Source: Anaeramoeba ignava BMAN
Lineage: Eukaryota; Protista; Anaeramoebae
Reading direction: 5' to 3'
DNA length: 64,000 nt
NCBI GenBank assembly: GCA_028826165.1
Contig: JAPDFW010000100.1
Coordinates: 124,001-188,000, forward strand
Shown: in pieces, positions 1-14,300 of the stretch
Layout of the letters: the number at the start of each line of letters is the position of its first letter
How positions within the stretch are numbered: position 1 is the stretch's first letter
Made by a program: the position numbers and the translations under genes
The notes under the pieces: generated by a model
What the model saw: only the letters and a program-made list of their open reading frames with translations
Database searches by the model: none
What the model was told of the DNA's origin: nothing

Positions 1-1072
1 TTTCCCTTTATTATCACAAATTTCATGCCAAATTTGACAATTATTTCCTTCTTTTTGTAATGAAAACCCTTTTTTCATTTTGAAAAAGAATTTATCATCA
101 TTTATCCATTTTCTTAATAACTTGAAATACTCTCTTTGTTGAAGTATTGTTGATTCAAGTTTAAATCTTGGTTTGAAAATGATTGAATTGTTCTTTCGAA
201 TAAATTCTCTCCTTTTTTTTGCATTTTTTCGATCATTTTGAAGTTTTTGGAATTGAATTAATTTTTGTGAAATTTGATTTGGAATTAAATCTTCTTTCAA
301 AATATCTTTAAGTTCTTTTTTTGAGAAATCAATAAATCTGATTTTATAAATAAGATTTGAAATTTGATTTTGTAATTGTTCTTTTTCTTCTTTTTCAAGT
401 TTTTGATTTTCTTTTTCTTGATTAATATTTGATTTATGTTTTCCCCATTTTATTATTAATTGGAAAAGTTCAAATTCTTTTTTTGAAATATTTTCATTTG
501 ATAATATTGAATTTAAATGATTTTCTTCAAGTTCAAGAAAAAAAGGAGTTTCAACAAATTCGTTAAATTTTCGAAAAATAAATTCATAAGAAAGATCCGT
601 TAATTCAGTCAAGTTCATTGATTCAGATAATTTAAGAATATCAACAACATTTTCAATTTTAAAACGATATTTGAGAAAATCTGTTACAGATTCAATTAAT
701 TCATCAATTAAATATTTTGATGAAAACATTAAAATTTGAACAACATTTTCTAAACTAATTTCAATTTTTCCTGAATAAAGATAATTCAAAATTGAAGATA
801 AAATTGAACTTGGAACATCTTTTAGAATTAATTTATTTTCTTGATATTCTTTCATTTTTGAATTTAAAAGAGATTTGAAATATTGACTTCTTGATGAAAG
901 AATTGCTTTATGAGTTTTAAATGAAGTTTTATCTTGTTCACAAATTATTTCAAAATCAAAATAACTTTCTTCATTTTTCATTTTGATTTTGAAATAAATT
1001 TTTTAAATCATTTGAAAGTTTTTCTAAATTTGGACAAATTTCTGATGGGTCTAGATCTAAATCTAATTCCAT
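1..1072 (-). CDS. BTB/POZ-(BACK-like)-TLDc domain protein, 3' end beyond window edge; one frameshift near 975
   Basis: Manual translation from ATG at 1072: MELDLDLDPSEICPNLEKLSNDLKNLF, then after an A-run shift YFDFEIICEQDKTSFKTHKAILSSRSQYFKSLLNSKMKEYQE (BTB). Near position 1-130: LLRKWINDDKFFFKMKKGFSLQKEGNNCQIWHEICDNKGK (start of a TLDc-like domain). Absent from the ORF track. Confidence 0.8.
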
Positions 1073-1203
1073 TTTTATTTTGAAAAAATGAAAAATGAAA
1101 AAATGAAAAAAATGAAAAAATGAAAAAATGAAAAAATGAAAAAATGAAAAAATGAAAAAATGAAAAAAAATTTTTGATTTGAATTTTAATTTTGATTTTA
1201 ATT

Positions 1204-2975
1204 TTAATTATTAAATTTGTTAATTAATAAATCAAATAAATTTGGATTTGTTTGATTTAATTGAAAATAATCAATTCCAATTTCAATTTCATTAATTATT
1301 TCTTGTGTAATTTGAATTTCATCTTTAATTTGATTTGAATAAATCCAATATTCAAATAATTGAAATGATTTATTACTTAATTCACTATAATCTGTAACTT
1401 TATTAGATTTATCTTCAGTAACAGATAAAAACATTCCTCGATATAATTCACTTCTCATTATTAATATTAATTTTGGAAATTTATATTGTTTTTCTTTTCT
1501 TTCAATAATAAAATCTTTTTCATTTTCATTTTCATTTTCATTTAAATAAATTCTTTTCATTGTTTCTTCAATTTTTTCATTTGAATTTATAATTTCTTTA
1601 ATTTCATAATATAATTTTGGATTTATTTTAGAATTATTTGAATAAATCATTTCAAATATTTGATTTGATTCTTTAATTGATTTTTTTGAAATAATTTCTT
1701 GAAGTTTTTCAATTTGATTTTGATTTTGATTTAATCTATATTTTAATATTAATTTATGAGCTTCAATTATTTCTCCATTTTCTGTTTTAAATGAAATATT
1801 GCAAAATTCTTTTCTTCTAAATAATTTTATCAAATCTTCTTCAAGATTGGAAAAAGAAAGAGGAGAATAATAAAGAAATGAATTTTCATATCCACAAGAA
1901 ATATGATAATTAAAATATTTTCATTAAATCTTAATTTAGGAAGTTTGATTTGAATTGGAATCGATTGTTCATTTGTATTTCCAGTTCCTAATTGACCATA
2001 TCTATTGTTTCCAAATCCAATTAATTTTTTTTTTGAAGTTAAAATCAAAGTATGAGCATTTCCAACAGAAAAATCAAGAATATTATCATTTTTAAATAAA
2101 GATGATTTGATTTCAGTAAATTCATAAGCATTTTGATTTTTGCCAAGTCCATTATATAGATGACATCCACATGAATAAAGTTTTCTTTTTGGATTTTGAT
2201 TTTGATTTTTTTCAATTTCAATCAACATTATTGAAAAGGTATATCCACATTGAATATCAATTATTTTACCTTTTGAAATATTTTGGATTTTGGTTAATTT
2301 TTGGATTTGCCAATCTTTTTTTCTTGATTCTCCTAATCCAACTTGGCCAAATGAATTATATCCGCATCCAAATAATTCTTGATTTGAATTTAAAAGAAAA
2401 ACATGTGAAGAATTTCCTGAAAATATTTTAGAAACATTTTTCATCATTAAGATTGGTTTTTCTGTTTTTTGAAGTGTTTCAGAATCAAAATTAACTTGAC
2501 AATAATCATTTGAACCAATTCCATAAACATTTTGATTTGAAGTTAATAAGTAAATTGAATTCCATCCAGAAAAAACATCTTCAATTATTCTATCATTTGT
2601 ATCTTCAATTAATGATGAAATATTGAAAAATTGATTTGGATTTTTTGGATTAATATATTTTCCTTTGGCAAATACATTTCCTTCTTTTGTTAAAATAGCT
2701 TCATTTTCAGTACCAACAGTTACTTTTTGAATATTTTCTTTAATTTGGATTTCTTCAGGATTTTGATTTGAATCTTTTTGTTTTAAATATTCTATTGCTT
2801 TTTCATTTTTAAAAAGGAAAATTGTTGAAAAAAAGCCTGTTGAAATTTGTTTAATTTGTTTTTCATTTTCTTTTTCATTTTCAAATTTAAATTGAATTGG
2901 TTTTGTTATTTTATTTGGTTTATTTTTGATAAGTTTTGGATTTTGATTTAAACCAAAAAATATAATTTCATTCAT
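1204..2975 (-). CDS. RCC1-repeat + divergent BTB protein (RCBTB-like putative Cul3 adaptor); single gene split by a 1-nt frameshift near 1912
   Basis: ORF 1830-2975 has RCC1 blades (GYNSFGQVGLG, SVGNAHTLILT, GNNRYGQLGTG). ORF 1204-1833 has BTB-like AHKLILKYR and ILIMRSELYRGMF. Colinear with the intact paralog at 3036-5243, which shows one base missing here. Confidence 0.85.
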
Positions 2976-3035
2976 TTTTGAAAAGAAAAATGAAAAAAAT
3001 GAAAAAAATAATTTTTGAATTTTAATTTTTAATTT

Positions 3036-5243
3036 TTAAAAAATTAAACATTTTTCTTTTGGGTTTTGATTATTAAATTTGTTAATTAATAAATCAAATA
3101 AATTTAGATTTGTTTGATTTAATTGAAAATAATCAATTCCAATTTTAATTTCATCAATTATTTCTTTTGTAATTTGAATTTCTTCTTTAATTTGATTTGA
3201 ATAAATCCAATATTCTAATATTTGAAATGATTTATTACTTAATTCACTATAATCTGTAACTTTATTTGAAGTATCATTTGTTACAGATAAAAACATTCCT
3301 CGATATAATTCACTTCTCATTATTAATATTAATTTAGGAAATTTATATTGTTTTTCTTTTCTTTCAATTATAAAATCTTTTTCATTTTCATTTTCATTTT
3401 CATTTAAATAAATTCTTTTCATTGTTTCTTCAATTTTTTCATTTGAATTTATAATTTCTTTGATTTCAGAATATAATTTTGGATTTATTATTCTGTTTGA
3501 ATAAATCATTTCAAATATTTGATTTGATTCTTTAATTGATTTATTTGAAATAATTTCTTGAAGTTTTTCAAATTGATTTTGATTTTGATCTTTTAATCTA
3601 TATTTCAATATTAATTTATGAGCTTCAATTATTTCTCCATTTTTGGTTTTAAATGAAATATTGCAAAATTCTTTTCTTCCAAATAATTTTATCAAATCTT
3701 CTTCAAGATTGGAAAAAGAAGGAGAATAATAAAGAAATGAATTGAAAGCACCACAAGAAATATGATAATTGGAAATATTTTCATTAAATCTTAATTTAGG
3801 AAGTTTAATTTGAATTGGATTTGATTGATTTTTTTTATTACCAAGTCCTAATTCACCATAACTATTATCTCCAAATCCAATTAATTTATTTTTTGAAGTT
3901 AAAATCAAAGTATGAGCATTTCCACAAGAAATATCAAGAACATTATCATTTTTTTCAAATAAAGATGATTTGATTTCAGTAAATTTAGAGGTATTTTCAT
4001 TTTTGCCAAGTCCATTATAATGGTAATATCCACATGAATAAACTTTTCTTTTTGGATTTTCATTTTCATTTTCAATCAACATTATTGAAAAAGAAAATCC
4101 ACATTTAATATCAATTATGTTACCTTTTGGGATATTTTTTATTTGGATTACTTTATCGATATATGTTTGAAATTCACCTAATCCAAGTTGGCCATAATAA
4201 TTATCTCCATATCCAAATAATTCTTGATTTGAATTTAAAAGAAAAATAGAATTTGAAGAATTTCCTGAAAATATTTTAGAAACATTTTCCATCATTAAGA
4301 TTGGTTTTTCAAGTTCTAATTGTATTTGTTTATTTATATCCATTTCTGTATCTGTATCTGTTTGAGTTTTTGTATCTGTATCTTTATCTTTATCTTTATC
4401 TTTATCTTTATCTTTATCTTTATCTTTATCTTTATCTTTATCTTTATCTTTATCTTTATCTTTATCTGTAAATGTATCTGTTTGAGTATCTGTTTGAGTA
4501 TCTGTTTCTGTATCTGTTTGTTTTAATTTATTTTTTGAATATTTTTCTAAATTTGCTCTCTTAATTATTTCCTTTGATTTTATTTTGCTTATTTCTTTAT
4601 TATCTGTTTCTGTAAATGTATCTGTATCTGTATCTGTATATGTATATGTATATGTATCTGTTTCTGTTTCTGTTTCTGTGTCTACTTGAGCAATTCCGTA
4701 AACATTTTGATTTGAAGTTAATAAATAAATTGAATTTAATCCACAACCAATATCTTCAATTATTCTATCATTTGTATCTTCAATTAATGATAAAATATTG
4801 AAAAATTGTTTTGGATTCCTTGAATTGATTCCATATCCTTTTGCAAATACATTTCCTTCTATTGTTAAAATAGCAATAATTTTATTACCAATAATTACTT
4901 TTTGAATATTTTCAATTTGGATTTTTTGAATTTTTCGAAATAGATAAGTTTCAGTTAAACATTCAAGTGCTTTTCCATTTTCAAAAAGGAAAATTGTTCC
5001 AGAATAACTTGATGAAATTTCTTTAATTTGTTTTTCAATTTGTTTTTCATTTTCCTTTTCAATTTGATTTTGATTTTGATTTTGATTTTCAATTTCAAAA
5101 TTAATTTTAATTGGTTTTTTTATATAATCTGGTTCATTTTTTAAGAATTTTGGTAAAAAATTCCATCCAAAAAATAAAATTTCATTTGTTTTATTGATAT
5201 TTTTATTATTATTTTTGATTTTTTTTAAAGTAATAAAATTCAT
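3036..5243 (-). CDS. RCC1-repeat + divergent BTB protein, tandem paralog, with DT/DK/TY dipeptide insertion
   Basis: 735-aa ORF with GDNYYGQLGLG, ISCGNAHTLILT and GDNSYGELGLG; C-terminal BTB-like region nearly identical to 1204-1833. Confidence 0.88.
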   Translation of the reverse strand: MNFITLKKIKNNNKNINKTNEILFFGWNFLPKFLKNEPDYIKKPIKINFEIENQNQNQNQIEKENEKQIEKQIKEISSSYSGTIFLFENGKALECLTETYLFRKIQKIQIENIQKVIIGNKIIAILTIEGNVFAKGYGINSRNPKQFFNILSLIEDTNDRIIEDIGCGLNSIYLLTSNQNVYGIAQVDTETETETDTYTYTYTDTDTDTFTETDNKEISKIKSKEIIKRANLEKYSKNKLKQTDTETDTQTDTQTDTFTDKDKDKDKDKDKDKDKDKDKDKDKDKDKDTDTKTQTDTDTEMDINKQIQLELEKPILMMENVSKIFSGNSSNSIFLLNSNQELFGYGDNYYGQLGLGEFQTYIDKVIQIKNIPKGNIIDIKCGFSFSIMLIENENENPKRKVYSCGYYHYNGLGKNENTSKFTEIKSSLFEKNDNVLDISCGNAHTLILTSKNKLIGFGDNSYGELGLGNKKNQSNPIQIKLPKLRFNENISNYHISCGAFNSFLYYSPSFSNLEEDLIKLFGRKEFCNISFKTKNGEIIEAHKLILKYRLKDQNQNQFEKLQEIISNKSIKESNQIFEMIYSNRIINPKLYSEIKEIINSNEKIEETMKRIYLNENENENEKDFIIERKEKQYKFPKLILIMRSELYRGMFLSVTNDTSNKVTDYSELSNKSFQILEYWIYSNQIKEEIQITKEIIDEIKIGIDYFQLNQTNLNLFDLLINKFNNQNPKEKCLIF
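4325..4680. repeat. Coding hexamer microsatellites (TCTTTA)n and (TCTGTA)n giving DK/DT/TE/TY dipeptide runs
   Basis: Directly visible; absent from the paralog at 1830-2975. Confidence 0.9.
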
Positions 5244-5327
5244 TAAATGAAAAAAAAAATGAATTTAATTTTTTCATTTTTTTTTCTTTTAAAAAGTTTT
5301 TTTTTATAGTTTAAGAAAAAAAAATTA

Positions 5328-8300
5328 ATGTCTTATTTTATTCAAAACATTTTAAAATTAACAAAAAAGAAATTTAATTTCTCTTTTTTAAAAAATCATT
5401 TTTCAAAAAATTTAAAAGATGAAAATTATTTTTTAAACCAAAAAAACACAGAAGAAATACAAACTAATTGGAAAAAAAGACCCAAAATTGAAAATGTTTA
5501 TTTTAAAATTAAAATTTTTAAATTTAATTCAAATTCAAATTAAAATTTTTATTTAAAAATTTAATAGGAAAAAGAAAGAAGAATTTGGTTTTTTAACTTT
5601 TCAAAAATTTTCCTTTTAAAAAATACAAAAAATTTAAATCAAAAAAATTCTTCTCTTTTAAAAAATTTCATTTCAAATGAAAGAGAATTTGAATCTTTAC
5701 TTAATTCAGGAGAAATTTATCCTTTTGAATTTATTTTAGAAACTATTTATCTTTTATTTAAATTAAAACATTTAGATTTTTCAGGTTTAAATTTTAAAAT
5801 TTAAAATTTATTATTTATTATTTATTATTTATTTTTGAATTGATTTTTAGAAATTAATTTAAATCAATATCAATATTTTTTTGTTTCTCTTCCAATTTTT
5901 AAAATGATATCAAAATCAATTTATAATCGGGAAATTATTTTAAAAAGTGGAACAATTCAAATTATTCCTGAATTATTTGAAATTGCAAATCAAATCATCA
6001 AACCAAAAAGATTTGAAAATGTAATTGAATTGAAAAGAGAAATATTGGTTTGTAAATTTAATTAACTTTTTTCTTTTTCTTTTTGTTTAATTTTTATAGG
6101 ATTTAATTAAAAAAATTCATTCTATCCAATTTTCGGAATTTTTCTTATCCAATATTTGCTCAATACTTCTATTATTTTTAGATACAAATAATATATCAAA
6201 TAATCAATTTAAATGGATTGAAAGTGAAAAATTAATTCCATTATTAATAAGTAAATTTCAAAAACAAAATTGAAAAAAAAAAGGAAAACAAAATTAACAA
6301 AATATTTTTTTCCGAAAACGTTTCTAGGTTTATTTCAACAAAGTTTTCAACTTTCAAATTATTTTTTATGCACTTTAATTCATTATAAAAATGAAATGAA
6401 AATTTTGAGAATATTTCAATTTTTAATTCAACAAAAAATTATTAAAGATGAGTTAATTTTGGAGATTTCAAATTTATTATTCAAAACATTTAATCCTCCC
6501 AATTTTGCAAAACCAATTTTTGGAGATGTTGATACATTTCACAAGCTTTATAAAATCAGGTTGAATCCTGTTCAAGAAGAGGAAAATATAAGTGAATATT
6601 TAAATGAGGATCATGAAAAAAATGAAACAAACCAAGAAATATCCTCAAATGATATTCTTTTTCAAATTAAAGAAAATGTGCATTTGACTCGAATATTTGT
6701 TATTGAAATTATTGATGATTTAATTGTTGGATATCCACATTTGATTCTGCAAATTGGACAAAAAAAATTGATTGCAAATTTAGTTGATTATATTTTATCA
6801 ATTGTCTTGACTTTTTCATCTAAAAACATTTTTACAAGCATTAGAAACATTTCTAATAATAATAATGAAAATAATAATAATAATAATGAAAATAATAATA
6901 ATAATGAAAATAATCAAATTTCTCTCGTTGAAAAACTCCCAGAAAAACTCAAATTGCAAATTGATAAATCTTTTTCTTCATTTCAATATTACAACTCAAA
7001 ATATAATCTTGTTCAACTTGATTTGCAGAGTCTTTCTTTTGATCATATCTTTTCAAATGAAATATTTTCTACAATTTTCCAAACTCTCTCAAAATTATAT
7101 GAATCAAGTTATAAAGTTGAAACCCAATCACAATTAAAAGAACAAAATACTCAAGAAAATCACACACAAATTGTATTATCCAAAAATATTTTTAGGATTT
7201 TTATTGGAATTTTCAAATCCAAATTTCATAAATCCCCAATGAACAAATTGATACGTGATTATATCTTAAATATAAATCCAGAAATTCAATTTTATATTCT
7301 TTTAGAAACTCAAAAATTATTCAAAAAGAAAATTGTTCCTTTTCTACAAATGACAGATTTTTGGAAAATATTTTTCACAAAATATTTTTATTGCCGATTG
7401 AATCCAGTTAATTTTAATTTTTCATTTCACATAAAAATATTAATTTCCATTTTAAATATTTACTTTATTATATTGGAATTAGGATTGGAACCAAAATTTA
7501 CAACCAGAGCTTTTTATTGAATTGAAAAATTATCTTTTTTATTGTGTTTGGACAATCGCAACATCGTCAGATAGAAATTATTTTGAAGAGACTCTTAATT
7601 TTCTGTTTGAATTTGTAATCCATCATCAAACAGATGTTGAAATAATTTTGGATGTTTTTTCGACAATATATCAAATTCTTGATTTTAATACAAAACATGA
7701 TCGTTTCTCATTAATCAATATTTTAAATTCTTCTGGGATAACAACAACTTCACAAATAGCGTTTAATTTGCATTATTTGCATTTTTTATCTCGGACATGT
7801 ATTGAAGACAATGAAAATCGTAATATCGATAAAGAACAATTTACCAAGATCAGATATTTAGTGTTTGGAATATTCAACCATTTAGTTTCAGTTTATTTCT
7901 CGATGATCAACAAAAAAATTGCAATCAAATACCAGATGAATTCGGATATTATCACAATGAAAACATTGCTGAGTTTGATTTACGAACCAGAAACAAAGCA
8001 ATTTATATTGAATGTTTTGGAGCAATTGCTTATATCGAATCATTCACGAACAGATTTTGCCAGTCATAACTTACTAGTTCGTTCGATTATCAAATGCGTT
8101 ATTGATATTGCAACACAATCAAAAACAGAACAAATTCAAATATTTGAAGTTCAACCTGAAAGATTGATCGATGATATTTTGCAAATGTTTGCCAAAATTA
8201 TGAAGCAATACCCGAAATTTATCGGGATATTTGATGTGGAATATTTCCTCAAAGAAATCCAAATCATTCTCAACAATGCGCGGCTTTTCAAGCATTTGGT

Positions 8301-11300
8301 TTTCACTTTGTTTGATATTTTCACAATTTTGTTCCGAAATCAATGCAAAATGGTGAAGTTATTCAAGGAAATTATCAACTTTGATAATTTAGCAGAATGC
8401 ATTAATCAAATCAAGGATGAGGATAATCAATCTCATCTTTTTGAATCGATGATGGATATGCTTGTTTCTCAGGGCAAATTTTCAGTGAAAAATAATTTTA
8501 TGATCCAAAACACAGATATTATCATCACACTTTTCAAGATTTTTTTGGATCCAAGCAACGAGATTGCATCAAGAATTCTTGATATTTTCTCGGCAATTTG
8601 CGACAAATCAAAGCATGTTTGTTCGTGTTGTTCGAACAGTGGACTTGTTTTCTATCTAATTTCCTCGGTTCCAAATTTCGAGCGCAATAGCGAGGATCTG
8701 GAGAAGATGAAGAAATTGATTACTATTATTGGGAAGCATCGAATACAAGCCAAAGAGTTAAAATTGATGCTTCGGATCATGATTAAATATGAAGGAGAAT
8801 TTTCGAAGAATTGTGTGGATATTCTCCAAGAATTATCAAGAAATTTGCCTAACGGACCAAATTCGTTTTTTGATTTCAACGGATATTCCTCGCGATTGAA
8901 ATTACCGTTTATTGAGCAATGGCCATCAGTTCATGGATATTCGTTTTGCACTTGGTTCAGATTTGAAAAATTCTCGAATAAACAACCAACAATGTTTTCA
9001 TTTCGGAACGAAAACAAAGAAGGATTTGAATTGTTTTTCCGGTTTAGTCAAAGAAAACGCAAAAATTTGAAGATTACAAACGATGAAAAAAATGCGGAAA
9101 AAGAAAAATCCTTTCAAATCATTGATGACTACATCAACAATATTAGTGATTCCGAAAATGAATTTGGGAATTGGAATGGGAATCCATGCGATATTGATCT
9201 TTATTATAGAGTAGTTTTGTCACAAAAAAAAGAACAATTTTCAATTAGTTTTTCGCCATTGAGCCAAGGATGGCATTTTTTGGTTGTGACACATCAATAC
9301 AACCGCAAAAAAAATGGGGAGCTGAAAATATTTGTGGATGGAGGAGAAATTATTTACAAATCAACAATTCAGTATCCCAAAATAGGCCAACTCAAGCTCA
9401 ATTATATTGGAAGAAGCGGGTCTAAAAGACCCACCAGTTATTTATGCGGACAAATGGGATCTGTTCATTTTTTCAATGACATTCTCGCAAAGGAACAAAT
9501 ACATGCAATGTTCTCTTTGGGAGCAAATTATGTTCCGCTTGTTGAAAAAATTGAGATGTTCCGAACAAGAACAGAAAATCACAGCGAAAAGCAATTGGAA
9601 GAAATGAGGCAAAACAGGGAATTACTTTCTCACGCCAATTTTGCAAGCAAGGTGTTTCTTAGTTATAATGCAAAGGCTTCTGACGAGCATTTTTGCTTCA
9701 ATCAATTATCCCAAAATGCGCCAACTACAATGAGTGCAAGAATTGTTGATATTGTGAAAAGTGTTTCAGGAACAATTCACGAGGTTATTTATTGCATTGG
9801 CGGAATGAATGAGTTTTATTTGATGATCGATCGAATTTTCCGAAATGATTCCAATGCTTCACCGCAAATTATTGAGCAAATATTTGAAATCATCTCTAAC
9901 GTGCTAATACACTCCCATTTGAATCAAGAGGAAGTTGCGAATTCTCGCGGATTTCTCATTCTCAGCCTTCTTTTGCAAAGGATTCCTGTTGAAAACATCA
10001 CTTTGAAAATGATGAAAATGTGCAAAAACATCGTCAAATCAACATATAATGCAAAATTCCTGAAGCATTTAATTCATGATTTTTTACTCAATTACGACAA
10101 CTGGATATACTGCAGTTATCCAATTCAACGCAAATTAGCGATGATTATTAAATTCATTATCAAATATGCAACCCAAAATCACACGCGACAAGCATTTCGA
10201 TTTGCAATTATTGAAATTGAGGATTTGATTTCGATAATTCGCTCTTATTTATGGACTCAGCAAGAGACATGCTATCGCCGTGCAGAAAAACAAGAAATAA
10301 TGGATGAAAAAACAAAGCAAATTCTCGGAAGCAAACCAAGAAATGAGCAAATTGTTGAATTGCAGAAAATATATTTCCAAATCATTGAGTTGGTGATGAA
10401 TTTCCAGTTTTCTCAAGCACAGTTTAATGTTTTGATCCGGAATTGTGTTCAACTGCAAGACCCGCAAATGGTGATCTCATTGTTAGAAATTGTTTTCGCA
10501 TTGATCTCGAAAAACCTGAGCCATTATCTCGAATTTCTGAAGAATATGAACTATTTTGATCCGTTTCTGGTGCTTATGGGGAATGAGAATGAGCATATTC
10601 GCGACTTATCGCTTAAAATTGCATGTGATATTCATATTGGGATGATTAAAAAAAGAGAAACGCAGAGAAAAACTATTTTTGAGGAGGAAATTGGGGTTGA
10701 GTTAATTAACAAGAAAATTGCTCAGTTTCCAATATCAATTTCAATTATATCCACATTATTCCATTTTTTGACATATGTCAACGGGGCATACAACATTGCC
10801 CAGGATCAATCCAAAGAAATTGTGATTAAAAACCCCAAAATACTCAAGTGTATACTTGAATGGACACACAAAGAAAACGGAGAATTAGGGGTCCAGATTG
10901 TACAGAATATTTTATATTTAGTGCGCAATAAAAAAATCAACAGGAAAATGATATCGAACCAAAACAACTGGCCAAATTGGATGTGGAGCGCAATGGCCGT
11001 TGAAGAAATTGGGAATGAATCCAAAATACGGAAAAATTCGGTTGTTTTTGAAATTATATCATCTGTTCTTCTGTATTGCTTTATGAACGAGGAGCATTCT
11101 TGCAACAATTCTTTTAGTAAAATAATTTCGAGTCTTCGCCAACGAAGAGGCTTTATTGAGATGAATATGATTGAAAGATTATTTCGCGCAATATTGGAGG
11201 AGCTTTCTCGAAAGCTCGAGAAAATGAACCAGAAGTATTTCAATAAGGAAAAAAAGAAGGTTTTATTTCAGAAGAAAACCAGTTTGCAATATTTGCTTGC

Positions 11301-14300
11301 CAAATCATATCCGACATTTTTGAAGAATATTGGGGAATTTATTGTTTGTGTTTGCAACTCGTCTCTTTATAAATCGTTTGTGATGAACGAGGTTTTCACA
11401 ACCAATGATTTGTATTCTAAATCGGAAAGTCAGGATGAAAAGGGAGAATCGTTGAGTTTGATTCAGGATATTATCGACTTCACCGATAATTTTGGATTCA
11501 ATTTGCGGAAATTTAACTTTGGGGATTCTGTTGTTTCTGAGCAAGTCTCATCGTTTCTCTTTAATTTGTTGTTGATTTATATAAGTGAATGGGGATACCA
11601 AAACTTGGATTTGAAGGTTCTGGGATTTTTGCGTGGTTTTTGTGAGCAAAATAACGAGAATATCTTCGTTCTTCTTTCGCACGCAATCAAATGCTTTAGT
11701 TCCTTTTCCAGTAACGAAAGGGAATCGACAGAGGCAAAGGTTTTGAACCAATTTGTGCAAACTTCACTTCGCGAATTTTATCCGAAAATCTCGTCCAAGT
11801 TGGTGGATCAAGAAAACATGCCAATTCTCAGAAATAACGGTGGATTATCCGAAAATATTAATAATTTGGCAATAGATATTTCGAAGATGCTTGAAAACCC
11901 CAAATGGCAATATGCAATCGACAATATATTGAATCCAATGTCAGACCAATTCATGGATAAAATGTTTGAATGGAAACTGAAGTTGATCACGCAACTTATT
12001 GAAAAGGAAAATATTTTGGAGCAAAATGAAATGCAGAGCTATGAAGAAAATGCACATGGAATTTCGAAATTGGAAGCGTTGATGAAAAACTTTGAATTTG
12101 AAATGACTCAATCCGAAAGGAATATTTTGCTGAATCGTGAGAAAATATACCAACAAAGCAAAATGATAGCAAAAAGGAAATGGGACCAAATTATGCAGAA
12201 TTCAATGGAAGAAAGAGAGAAGGAAAAGCATGAGGAAATGCATTGGAAACTTGATCAAACAGAGGATTCATCACGAAGACGAAGGAAATTGAAGATGAAT
12301 AAGAACTTTTTTCCTCACACAAAGGCAACAATATTATCAAGAAAGCTGTGGCAAACACAAGAAGTGGAAGAAGAAGTTTTTCCGCAAGTTCTTGCTTTTG
12401 ATGATTATTTCTCAATTGAGAAAAGCAAGAAATTGGAGAAGGAGTATGAGACTAATTTCAGTGAAAATGACGATAAAATTGGAGAAGAAGATGATGAGGA
12501 AATTGAAACTCGAAATATGAATCAATTATCCTATAATTTACTTGATGAGCAGGATATCAATATTCAAAGTGATCAAAAGGTGTTATTTTCAACCAAATGT
12601 GATTTGATTAAACCTTTGAAAGTTATCTCAGGAATTATTGAAATTACACGAAAAAATTTGACTTTTTATGAAATTATTGAGTTTGAAGATACAATTTTGA
12701 ATGAGGAAAGCAATAACAGCAATAACAACAACAATAACAACAATAATAACAATAATAACAATATAAATATTGAAGAAAATGTCATGAATCAACATGAAAT
12801 TATTGTGGATGGATTTGATGAGAATTTTGATGAGAATTTTGATGATAGTTTTGATCCAAATTTTGTTTCTTTTGTGAATTGCAGAAAATCTCTTGTTTGG
12901 AAATTGGATAGTTTGAAATTAATTTACAAACGCAGATATATTCTTCAACACACTGCACTTGAATTTTTTCTTTTGGATGGAACAAACTTCCTTTTAAATT
13001 TTGAATCCAAAATACGAGAGCAAGTTTTCAATGCGATATTTCGATTGAAACCAATTAATTTGAATTTAAATTTTGATACAACAAATCCCCGAAAATTAGT
13101 CAAAGAATTACAAATTACAGAGAAATGGCAAAGACATCAATTAACAAATTTTGAGTATTTGATGGAATTGAATACTTTAGCTGGAAGAACATATAATGAC
13201 ATTTCTCAATATCCGATATTTCCATGGATTCTTTCAAATTACATTACAAAAACAATTGATTTAAATGATCCACAAAATTATCGAGATTTATCGAAGCCCA
13301 TGGGAGCATTAGATGAAGAAAGGCTTGAGAAATTTAAGATGCGGTTTCGTCAATGTGAAGAATCAGAGACGATACCATTTTTTTATGGGACTCATTATTC
13401 TAGTTCCGGTATAAATATAAATATAAATATTTTAAAATTTATTAAGTATTTTAATATTTTATTTTTCATAAAAAAAGCAATTGTCCTGTTTTATTTAATC
13501 CGTTTGGAGCCTTTTACTACTTTGTCAATTAACCTTCAAGGAGGTACTTTTGATCAAGCTGATAGGCTCTTTGATTCAATCCCAAAAACTTGGGAACGCT
13601 CACTAAAAAGTCCATCAGATGTAAAAGAATTGATTCCAGAATTTTTCTATTTACCAGAATTTCTTGTCAATAAAGATCACCATGATTTTGGATACAAGCA
13701 AATGGAACATGAAAAAATTGACGATTGCGAATTACCAAATTGGGCAAATTCACCAGAACAATTTATTAGAATTCATAACGAAGCATTGGAAAGTGAAATT
13801 GTTTCTCAAAATATTCATAATTGGATCGACTTGATTTTTGGATATAAACAACAGGGAGAAGAAGCGGTTAAAAATTACAACACGTTTTATTATCTCACGT
13901 ATGAAAACTTGATTAGTTTTGAAAAAGTGGAAACATCGCAAGATAAAAAAGCAATTGAGATCCAAATTGAGCATTTTGGACAAACACCTGTTCAATTACT
14001 CAAAAAACCGCATCCCAAACGATTTCCGCGCGAAAAGATCATCAAAACGATGACAAGAACATCGATTTATTGGCGGATGAAGGAATTAAATCAAGTCAAA
14101 ACATTCACAATCAAAATTTGCGATTCACCAATTATTTTCATTCAAGTCAAAAGGGAATCCGGTCTTGTTTCATTTCTCGGGATTCCTGACAAGGTTGTCG
14201 TCATAAATTTGGAGCGCAAACTGGCGACATACACATTTGCAATCGTGAATCAAAAGCAAATGGGGAATGAAAAGGAGGCAGAAGAGGATAAAACAAACAC

